From an uncultured delta proteobacterium (GTDB lineage Bacteria; Myxococcota_A; Polyangia; Palsa-1104), in NCBI GenBank assembly GCA_963785725.1, contig CAWAWS010000003.1, forward strand, positions 96,001 through 160,000: DNA of 64,000 bases. The letters run 5' to 3'. The translations under genes were made by a program, and so were the position numbers. Shown in pieces: positions 31,834 through 38,795 of the stretch (the stretch's first letter is position 1; every line of letters starts with the position of its first letter). The notes under the pieces were generated by a model that had not been told where the DNA came from, searched no databases, and saw only the letters and a list, made by a program, of their open reading frames with translations.

Positions 31834-31918
31834 TTGCTACAGCGGCGAGACACGACGAGCAGTGTTGAAAGACCGAGCGCGTCCTGCATAGGTCGTCATT
31901 CGGCGTTTCATTCAGCTG

Positions 31919-31991
31919 CGCCCCAGCGAGGAGTCGAACCTCGTTCTCCGGTGCTTCAGACCAGCGCGTAGACCGCATACGCTACCGGGGC
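31919..31991 (-). tRNA. tRNA-Phe(GAA)
   Basis: CTGGT-CTGAAGC-ACCGG. Confidence 0.85.
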
Positions 31992-31992
31992 G

Positions 31993-32066
31993 TGGCGCCT
32001 GCGACGGGAGTTGAACCCGTAACACTCGATGGACAGTCGAGCCGCCGGCCGTTGGCGTTCGCAGGC
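31993..32066 (-). tRNA. tRNA-Asp(GTC), C37
   Basis: CTCGA-CTGTCCA-TCGAG; G73 and encoded CCA. Confidence 0.8.
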
Positions 32067-32087
32067 AAAACGAAAATGAAAATGGGG

Positions 32088-32185
32088 TGACCCAAAAATT
32101 GCACCTCCCACTCCGTAGCTCGCCGCGGAATGAACCGCGTCGGAGTGGTCCCTCGCTCGAGGTCGGCCCGGTGCCTCTGCCGTCA
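32088..32185 (-). ncRNA. Structured RNA, Y-RNA candidate
   Basis: TGAC/GTCA and GCACC/GGTGC closing helices, CCACTCCG/CGGAGTGG stem, T-loop-like CGCGG-TTCATT-CCGCG. Confidence 0.45.
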
Positions 32186-32187
32186 TT

Positions 32188-32262
32188 TGGTCAGCGTGGT
32201 CGGGATCGAACCGACGATCTCCTGCTCCCAAGGCAGGCGCGTTACCGCTTCGCTACACACTG
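32188..32262 (-). tRNA. tRNA-Pro(TGG)
   Basis: CCTGC-CTTGGGA-GCAGG; encoded CCA. Confidence 0.9.
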
Positions 32263-32264
32263 AT

Positions 32265-32500
32265 TGGCGTCCCGTGCGGGAATCGAACCCGCGTTCTCGG
32301 ATTGAAATCAGAAGGCCTGCCCATTAGTACCTCGCCACAGCAATTTCGACCGGTCTGCGCCGGTCCGCGACGCCCATGGCTTCGTTGCGACTCCTCAGAA
32401 TACAACCAGTATTCCTTCGTCCTCGCGCCTCGCCCTGGACGCCGCCTCCTCGGCGGATACCAATCAAAATCACTGTGGCGAGGTACCAGCCGAACGGGAC
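32265..32500 (-). pseudogene. tRNA-Glu (probably TTC) interrupted in the D-arm
   Basis: GTCCCGT/ACGGGAC acceptor, T-arm and GCCA end are intact; halves separated by a 160-bp insert; anticodon loop only 6 nt (TTTCAA). Confidence 0.7.
32327..32486. mobile_element. MITE-like element with terminal inverted repeats
   Basis: 14-bp perfect TIR GTACCTCGCCACAG (18/20 when extended); no transposase; TTAG/CCAG at the junctions. Confidence 0.65.
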
Positions 32501-32502
32501 AG

Positions 32503-32574
32503 TGACGCTGGAGAGAGTCGAACCCTTCATTCCCCGACTGAGCATCGGGTGGCCTTCCGTTAGCCGACAGCGCC
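32503..32574 (-). tRNA. tRNA-Glu(CTC), G33
   Basis: CCCGA-TGCTCAG-TCGGG. Confidence 0.75.
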
Positions 32575-32578
32575 GAAA

Positions 32579-32651
32579 TGGAGGTCCGCCGCGGAGTTGA
32601 ACCGCGCCACTGCCGATTTGCAGTCGGCATCACTCGCCGGAGCCGCGGACC
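32579..32651 (-). tRNA. tRNA-Cys(GCA), short D-arm
   Basis: GCCGA-CTGCAAA-TCGGC; U73 and encoded CCA. Confidence 0.82.
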
Positions 32652-32658
32652 CGAGCCG

Positions 32659-32734
32659 TGGCGTACCCCCAGGGAATCGAACCCTGCTTGACCCGCTTAA
32701 CAGGCGGGTGCCATCCCAGTCCGGCGCGGGGTAC
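32659..32734 (-). tRNA. tRNA-Asn(GTT)
   Basis: CCCGC-CTGTTAA-GCGGG; G73 and encoded CCA. Confidence 0.85.
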
Positions 32735-32770
32735 GAAGTATTAAGGAGACATAGATCGCGGAAGTGCGAG

Positions 32771-32841
32771 CTCGGGCGCGTGGAATCGAACCACGATGAC
32801 GAGATCCAAATGCTCGCGTCCTGCCATTGGACGACACCCGA
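32771..32841 (-). tRNA. tRNA-Gln(TTG)
   Basis: U1-A72 acceptor TCGGGTG/CGCCCGA; loop AT-TTG-GA. Confidence 0.8.
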
Positions 32842-32842
32842 A

Positions 32843-32917
32843 TGGAGCGCGGTGCGGGAGTCGAACCCGTCCTCGCTGACTTGGAAGGCCAGGGCCCAAC
32901 CGCTAGACCAACCGCGC
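32843..32917 (-). tRNA. tRNA-Gly(TCC)
   Basis: CTGGC-CTTCCAA-GTCAG; U73 and encoded CCA. Confidence 0.85.
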
Positions 32918-32926
32918 CGAAGATCG

Positions 32927-32998
32927 TGCCGCCGGCAGGAATCGAACCTGCACCCAGCCGGTTAAAAACCGGCTGCTCTGCCGCTGAGCTACGGCGGC
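32927..32998 (-). tRNA. tRNA-Lys(TTT)
   Basis: GCCGG-TTTTTAA-CCGGC; canonical D and T arms. Confidence 0.92.
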
Positions 32999-33009
32999 GT
33001 TGCCGCTTT

Positions 33010-33084
33010 TGGTGCGCGCCGTGGGAATCGAACCCACCTTCAACGGATTAAGAATCCGTCGCCTCACCAGTCGGCTTGGCGCGC
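33010..33084 (-). tRNA. tRNA-Lys(CTT)
   Basis: ACGGA-TTCTTAA-TCCGT; encoded CCA. Confidence 0.9.
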
Positions 33085-33139
33085 AATGGAGCTCTCTTCC
33101 GAAAGACGAGAGCTCTCTTCTCATGACGTCGCTATTCGA

Positions 33140-33173
33140 TTATCAAAGCGGACGAAACCAATCGGTTTCGCCC
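33140..33173 (-). promoter_or_regulatory. boxB-boxA-like antitermination signal
   Basis: Hairpin GGGCGAAACC-GATT-GGTTTCGTCC directly followed by GCTTTGATAA. Confidence 0.4.
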
Positions 33174-33180
33174 ATATTCG

Positions 33181-33265
33181 TGGGCCGCCTGGGAATCGAA
33201 CCCAGCGAGCTCCGCGGAGCGCCTGATTTACAATCAGGCCCGTCTCCATAACGGTCTAACGACCC
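33181..33265 (-). tRNA. tRNA-Tyr(GTA)
   Basis: CCTGA-TTGTAAA-TCAGG; long variable arm. Confidence 0.88.
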
Positions 33266-33273
33266 GGGCGCAG

Positions 33274-33345
33274 AGCGGCCGGCGGGAATCGAACCCGCCA
33301 CTCCGACTTGGCAAGCCGGCGTGTCTCCCACGACACCTCGACCGC
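33274..33345 (-). tRNA. tRNA-Gly(GCC)
   Basis: CCGGC-TTGCCAA-GTCGG; U73. Confidence 0.88.
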
Positions 33346-33374
33346 AGGACGCACGAATCCCCTGGCGCGCATTC

Positions 33375-33523
33375 GAGCGTTCGAGCCCAAATGCGCCTTT
33401 CGGGAGCGCTGGTCTGCCGATGAGCTACGCGGCCGTCAGATGCGGAGCACCGACGGACCGCACGCCGTGAGTCGATCGCGGAAACCCCAATGGTCTCCGA
33501 CGTCGACCTCGCCGTTCGCGCTC
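33375..33523 (-). ncRNA. YrlA-like Y RNA candidate (permuted tRNA module)
   Basis: T-like arm CCGCG-ATCGACT-CACGG, then loop-closed acceptor-like stem TGCGGTC/GGCCGCG, then D-like TAGCTCATCGGCAGA; ends pair GAGCG/CGCTC. Confidence 0.45.
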
Positions 33524-33602
33524 ATCTGTCCGTCGTGTTTGTCCCGCATCCTCGCTCTCGCGCGCTGCGAAGGCGCGCCTGGTTCTGGTTTCGGTCGCCG
33601 AA

Positions 33603-33679
33603 ACGGCGAAGGGCCGGGAACCTCTCGGTTCACCGGCCCTTGGGTCGATCCTGTGCTGCTAAGGATCAAACTAAGGGCC
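33603..33679 (-). terminator. Attenuator: competing antiterminator and terminator helices
   Basis: AAGGGCC (33641-33635) can pair with GGCCCTT at 33679-33673 or GGCCCTT at 33615-33609; tail TTCGCCGTTT. Confidence 0.6.
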
Positions 33680-33823
33680 GCTATTGTCCCAATCGAGGCA
33701 CGGCTGACGACCATGGAAATTCTCCACGATTCGTCCGCACGTACGCAGACCGGCCACGGCGACGACGCGCGTCGAGCGCGTCGTGTCTTGGCCGTTCCGA
33801 TACAATTTGGTTTCGCTCGACAT
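33671..33823 (-). CDS. Putative 50-aa leader peptide of the tRNA/rsr/rtcB operon
   Basis: MSSETKLYRN...DWDNSGP*; last codons GGC CCT TAG form the antiterminator strand; contains all 20 amino acids. Confidence 0.55.
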   Translation of the reverse strand: MSSETKLYRNGQDTTRSTRVVAVAGLRTCGRIVENFHGRQPCLDWDNSGP

Positions 33824-33842
33824 GGAAGAATCTCGTCCCCTC

Positions 33843-33872
33843 TTGCTAAAGGCTACGACGAATAGAGTCAAG
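33843..33872 (-). promoter_or_regulatory. Putative sigma70-type promoter
   Basis: TTGACT-N17-TAGCAA with an AT-rich upstream tract. Confidence 0.45.
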
Positions 33873-34331
33873 TAAAAATCGAAACTGCATATTCGTTTTC
33901 ATTCTACATACGAGTATTGAATTCATTATTCGCTATTCTTCTCGCGCAGATTCCCGGCGCGCACGAATCGATTGGGGACTGGACGATCGCTCGGCCATTC
34001 TTGCCGCCGGGCCGGCAGCTCCGCGCGCTCCAGCGGCCTCGCATTCCAGCGCTGAGACGATCGAGCCCGCGCTCTCGCTCGACGACGGTGTCGCCGGAGA
34101 TCGTCCTCGGCCATCGCCGCCGGAGGATCAAAGAGATCAGGACGTTAGTATCGCGGTCACGGAACGCCCGACAGCAACGTCGGCAGCGAGCACACGTCAC
34201 GATCGCAGGAGGCAACGGCGCGCGGCGTGGCCGTGACAGCCGGGCGACGCGCGACCCGCTAGGCAGTGCCGGCGTCGGCGGTGTAAGGTCGCGTCGCGCA
34301 GTAAAAGGCGCCATTCAGGGAGACAGAGGCC

Positions 34332-34886
34332 ATGGCCAAGAAGATGTCGGATACGAACAAGAACAAGCTCAAGCAGGCGCGCGAAGTGCGGCTGGCGACG
34401 CCGACCGATCTGTCCTCGGAGGCGACGCGCGACATCGGCGGCGCGCTGAACGGCATTTTGGCGGACGTGTTCGCGCTCTACTTCAAGACCAAGAACTTCC
34501 ATTGGCACGTGAGCGGACCGCACTTCCGCGACTACCACTTGCTGCTCGACGAGCAGGCGGACCAGATCTTCGCGATGGGCGATCCGATCGCCGAGCGCAT
34601 CCGCAAGATCGGCGGGCCGACGATCCGCTCGATCGGTCACATCGCCAAGCTGCAGCACATCAGCGACAACGACGCCGATTACGTCGATCCGCTCGACATG
34701 CTGGCGGAGCTGCGCGAGGACAACAAGTCGCTGGCGTCGCGGCTGCGCGATGTGCACGACCTCGTCGACGAATTCCGCGACATCGCCTCGGCCAGCCTGA
34801 TCGAAAATTGGATCGACGAGACCGAGCGCCGCACCTGGTTCCTGTTCGAAGCCAGCCGCCGCGGCGACGCCGGCACCGGCCACTAG
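34332..34886 (+). CDS. dps: Dps-family DNA-protection ferritin-like protein
   Basis: KTKNFHWHVSGPHFRDYHLLLDEQ, IAERIRKIGG and ERRTWFL motifs. Confidence 0.93.
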   Translation: MAKKMSDTNKNKLKQAREVRLATPTDLSSEATRDIGGALNGILADVFALYFKTKNFHWHVSGPHFRDYHLLLDEQADQIFAMGDPIAERIRKIGGPTIRSIGHIAKLQHISDNDADYVDPLDMLAELREDNKSLASRLRDVHDLVDEFRDIASASLIENWIDETERRTWFLFEASRRGDAGTGH

Positions 34887-35113
34887 CCTTCACGCAGCGC
34901 GCGCCCGTGCGGGCCTCATCGTAGACGGGTCCATCGTATCGCGCGCTGTCGCAGTCGCACCGTCGACGCAAGCATGAGCAGCAGTAGGCGCTGCGAATCG
35001 GGACGCGTGGGGGCGTCGTCCCGATTCGTGGGCGCTCGTGACGCCTTGGCGCTGTCGGTGCGGCTTGGCTGCCGACGCTCAGCGGTCGTGGCGGGTCGTC
35101 GCCGGCGCGGGCG

Positions 35114-35407
35114 TCATTCGCAGACGCCGTCGCCACCGAGCGGCTCGCGCGGCGAGATCAGCGGGAACGCGCAGATGCCGTGGCAGCAGTCGCTGCTTTG
35201 GCAGCATGAGGAGCCCGACGGCAAGCAGGCGCCGCCATCACCGACGGCGCTGTTGCAGTGGCCGCCGAAGTCGTAGGCGGGCGTGGTCGTCGCCAGGTCG
35301 GCGACGGCGGCGCTGCCGTCGCCCGACGTCGACGAGTCGGCGCAGCTCGCCGCCAAGCCGAAGCCGAGCAGGAACGAGAGCGAACGAAGCCGCGACCTGA
35401 ATTTCAC
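35114..35407 (-). CDS. Small Cys-rich lipoprotein
   Basis: LAASC lipobox; C-x6-CC-x4-CC-x3-C pattern. Confidence 0.55.
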   Translation of the reverse strand: MKFRSRLRSLSFLLGFGLAASCADSSTSGDGSAAVADLATTTPAYDFGGHCNSAVGDGGACLPSGSSCCQSSDCCHGICAFPLISPREPLGGDGVCE

Positions 35408-35418
35408 CCGACCGCGGC

Positions 35419-36022
35419 TCAAACGACGCCGACCATCAACAGCACGCCCACGCCGAGGAAGACGACGGCCGCCACCTTTTGCGTCAGGTGCGGGTCGAGC
35501 AGCTTGGCCGCACGGTTGCCGACGAAGACAGCGAGGGCGGCGACACACCACAACGCCAGCGACGAGGCGACGAAGATCGTGAGCCAGGCGTGATGCTTGG
35601 CTTCGAAGGCGGCGGTGCCGATCTGCGTCGAGATCGCCCCACTCGGCGATGAAGACGACGGCGAAGACCGTCCATAAAGCGCGCCAGAAGCCGGCTTGCG
35701 GCCGGCCGTCGGCGGATTCGTCGTCGGCGTCGGGCTTGCGGAGCCACATGACGAGCGCGCAGCCGATGAAGACGAGGCCGGAGCCGATGTGGACGATTTT
35801 CTCGGGCAGCTTGGCCAGGAGCGCGCCGGCGGCGACGGCGATGATGCTCTGCGCCGTTAGCGCCAGCGCCGCGCCGAGGAACACGGGCAGCGCGCGGTGA
35901 CGCGTGGCCAGGACCATGGCCGCCAGCGCCGTCTTGTCGGGCAGCTCGGCGAGAAAGATGACGCCGAAGACGGTCGCGAACAGGCGCGGCGCGATCGTCA
36001 GCTCGGTGGGAAAGTGCGGCAA
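35419..36022 (-). CDS. TMEM165/GDT1 (UPF0016) Mn/Ca transporter, frameshift near 35630
   Basis: FLAELPDKT and FIAEWGDL|TQI repeats; the C-terminal half continues in a shifted frame; GAGGAG RBS before TTG. Confidence 0.8.
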
Positions 36023-36184
36023 GTGGGCTCCTCGTGGCCGCGATGCCGCTGCGTCCGCGTCGGCGATTCCGCGTCGTGGCGAGGATAAAGCCCGTCGCCG
36101 TCGATGGCAAGGCTGCGCGCACGGCATGGGGTCCGCCGGCGGCGCGCGTCACGCCCGCCGGCCAACGCGGTCGTCGCGCCGGCG

Positions 36185-37963
36185 TCAGCTGGCGTGGCGC
36201 AGCCGCAGCCCGACGAACGCCAGCGTCGAGCGCGCGATGGCGGCAACGAGGCGGCTCGCCGTCACGCGTGCGGGCGCGCGCAGTTCGCCGGCGGTGAACT
36301 GCCGCAACGCCTCGGCGCGCCGCAGCTTGCCGCTCGACGTGCGCGGCAACGTCCCCGGCGCCAGCACGCGAACCGTGTGCGCGCGAACGCCGGTGCGCGC
36401 GAGGATGGCGTCGCGAATGCGGTCGGCGAGCGCCGCCGCCGCGACGACGCTGCCGCCGGCGCGCTCGGCCAGGATCAGCAGCTGCTCCTCGCCGCCGTCG
36501 GGCAAAAAGCCGAGCGCCACCGCGCAGCCGTGACGCACGCCGCTGACGCGATCGAGGCACTCTTCGAACTCTTGTGGCGCGTGGTTGGCGCCGCGGATGA
36601 TGACGACGTCCTTGGCGCGCCCGCACACGTAGAGCTCACCGTCGGCGAAGAAGCCGCGATCGCCGGTGGCCAGCCAGCCGTCGAGGAGGACGCGCGCGGT
36701 CGCCGCCGGCGCGTCGAAGTAGTCGCGCATCACCGACGGCCCGCGGACCCAAATGTCGCCGAGGCGACGCTCGCCCACGTCGCCGCCGGCCTCGTCGCGC
36801 AGGACGACTTCGACGCCGGGAACGGGCACGCCGACCGAGGCGATGCGGCGGCCGCCGCGGTCGGGATGGTCGACGGCGTGCCCGCTCTTGGCCAGCCGCG
36901 ACGGATCGATCGACAGCGCGCGCGGCGGTCGTCCGCGCGGCGCGAACGTCACGGCCAGCGACGCCTCGGCCAAGCCATAGACGGGCATGAGCGACTGCGC
37001 GTCGAAGCCGTAAGGCGCGAAACGGGTGGCGAACTCATCGAGCACGCCGACCGACACCGGCTCGGCGCCGTTGAGCGCGAAGCGCCAGGTCGACAAATCG
37101 ACGCCGCGCAGCTCGGCGTCGGCGATGCGCGTCGTGCACAGCGAATAGGCGAAGCTCGGCGCCGGCGAGACCGTCGCGCGATGGCGGGAGATCGCGCGCA
37201 GCCACAGCGCCGGTCGCGCCAAGAACAGCTCGGGCGGAATGAGGACGAGCGAATCGGGCCGATAGATCGCGCTCAAGAGACAGCCGATGAGCCCCATGTC
37301 GTGATGCAGCGGCAGCCAGGAGACACCGACCTGCCGGCTGGCATCGCGCGACGGGACCATCTGCTCGATCGTCGCCAGCTGCGCCATGAGGTTGGCTTGC
37401 GTCAGCGCCACCGGCTTCGGATCGACCGTCGACCCCGACGAAAACTGGATGAGGCCGACCTCGGCCGGCAAGCGCTCGCGCTCGCCGCCCGACCGCGCCG
37501 CGGCGCCGACGTCTCCGTCGACGAGGAGACAGCCGAGCGGCGGCCGCGCCTTGGCGATGGCGACGCCGAGCAGCCGGCGAATGCGCGCGTCGGTCAAGAC
37601 CAGGCTAACGCTGACGCTCGTCATCATACGCGCCGTCGACTCGTGGAACTCGTCGAGGCGACCGAGACGCAGCGGCGGCGAGAGCGGCACCGGAATCGCG
37701 CCCGCCAGCGACACGCCGAAGAAGGCGTCGAGGAACGCCGGGCCGGTCGCCAAGACGAGGGCCACGCGGTCGCCGGGCGCGACGCCACGCGCGATGAGCC
37801 CGGCGGCGACGCCCAGCGCGCGCGCCCGAATCTGGCGCCAGGTCGCGACCGTCTCGCGCTCCTGCAGGTCGACGAAGGTCATGCCGCCCGGCCCGTCGAC
37901 GGCGGCGCGCAGGGCGGCGGCGATCGAAGCGTGCCGCGGCGCCGGCGCCGGCGCGCCCCTCAC
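36185..37963 (-). CDS. Fatty acyl-AMP ligase
   Basis: QFSSGSTVDPK, SWLPLHHDMGLIG, NGAEPV, YGLAEA, TGD and RTSSGK motifs. Confidence 0.9.
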   Translation of the reverse strand: MRGAPAPAPRHASIAAALRAAVDGPGGMTFVDLQERETVATWRQIRARALGVAAGLIARGVAPGDRVALVLATGPAFLDAFFGVSLAGAIPVPLSPPLRLGRLDEFHESTARMMTSVSVSLVLTDARIRRLLGVAIAKARPPLGCLLVDGDVGAAARSGGERERLPAEVGLIQFSSGSTVDPKPVALTQANLMAQLATIEQMVPSRDASRQVGVSWLPLHHDMGLIGCLLSAIYRPDSLVLIPPELFLARPALWLRAISRHRATVSPAPSFAYSLCTTRIADAELRGVDLSTWRFALNGAEPVSVGVLDEFATRFAPYGFDAQSLMPVYGLAEASLAVTFAPRGRPPRALSIDPSRLAKSGHAVDHPDRGGRRIASVGVPVPGVEVVLRDEAGGDVGERRLGDIWVRGPSVMRDYFDAPAATARVLLDGWLATGDRGFFADGELYVCGRAKDVVIIRGANHAPQEFEECLDRVSGVRHGCAVALGFLPDGGEEQLLILAERAGGSVVAAAALADRIRDAILARTGVRAHTVRVLAPGTLPRTSSGKLRRAEALRQFTAGELRAPARVTASRLVAAIARSTLAFVGLRLRHAS

Positions 37964-38217
37964 GACGACGCCGCCCGCGCCCGCTCGACGACGCAGCGGG
38001 CCAACTCGGCGACGGTGCGCACGCGCGTCGTGTCGTCGTCGTTGAGGATGACCCGATAGCGATCTTCGAGCTCGACGGCGAGCGCGGTCAGCGACATCGA
38101 ATCGAGCCCCAAGTCGTCGACGAGCCAATCGGTCGGCCGCACCTCGCGCGGCGTGCGGCTCTCGCGCGCGACGACGCGGCGAATATCGTCCATGACGAGC
38201 GCTTCGGACACGATCAT
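37960..38217 (-). CDS. Acyl carrier protein
   Basis: DLGLDSM phosphopantetheine site; 4-nt overlaps with both neighbours. Confidence 0.88.
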   Translation of the reverse strand: MIVSEALVMDDIRRVVARESRTPREVRPTDWLVDDLGLDSMSLTALAVELEDRYRVILNDDDTTRVRTVAELARCVVERARAASS

Positions 38218-38795
38218 GCGAGACCTCCCGGAATGAAGCGCGGCGTGGCGGCGAATGCGCGCGCATAAGCGGGACCCAACGCCGCCTCTTCGGTCCTGAT
38301 TCGCCGCCGCAGAATGAACGCATTGCCAATCGTGAACGAGACGGCGATGACCACCGCGACGACGCTGCCGCCCAGAGCGAGCGGGACACACGCCATTTCC
38401 AGACAGACCGCGACGTAGTTGGGATGGCGAATCCAGCGATAGGGCCCGCCGACGACTGCGGGCGCGCCCGGCAAGACGATGACGCGCGTATTCCAGTGTT
38501 CGCCGAGCGCGCTAATCGCCCAATAGCGTAAGGCTTGCGCCAAGAGCGCGCCGATGAGCGCGATGACGGCGAGCGCCGACGCGTGGATAGGCGGCGATAT
38601 CCATATTTGCGCGAAACAAACGGCGAGAAACGCCATATGAAATATGGCCATGACGCGATATTCGCGCGGCCCGACTTCGACGGCGCCGCGGGCGAACGCG
38701 CGCCGCGCGTTGCGCCGCGACAGCACGAGCTCGCCCAAGCGTTCGAGCGCCAGCAGCGTGAGGAAGAGCAGATAAATGGCGCGCCAATTCACCAT
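38214..38795 (-). CDS. Isoprenylcysteine carboxyl methyltransferase family protein (SrsB/BpsB-like)
   Basis: ERLGEL..SRRN, LGEHWNTRV, GPYRWIRHPNY and EE motifs. Confidence 0.88.
   Translation of the reverse strand: MVNWRAIYLLFLTLLALERLGELVLSRRNARRAFARGAVEVGPREYRVMAIFHMAFLAVCFAQIWISPPIHASALAVIALIGALLAQALRYWAISALGEHWNTRVIVLPGAPAVVGGPYRWIRHPNYVAVCLEMACVPLALGGSVVAVVIAVSFTIGNAFILRRRIRTEEAALGPAYARAFAATPRFIPGGLA

Noticed and set aside
32295..32315. Opal suppressor or Sec anticodon TCA in the split tRNA
   Set aside because: That register gives a poorly paired anticodon stem; the body looks like tRNA-Glu, so a one-base loss from TTTTCAA is more likely
32340..32400. Hammerhead ribozyme (CTGAGGA...GAAA) inside the insert
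   Set aside because: The core-like words are present but stems II and III do not pair as required
27525..33900. Prophage or integrated element carrying the tRNA array
   Set aside because: No integrase, structural or replication genes, or att-like repeats were seen; flanks are ordinary chromosomal genes
36025..36180. yybP-ykoY manganese riboswitch before the TMEM165 gene
   Set aside because: Expected conserved motifs were not recognisable
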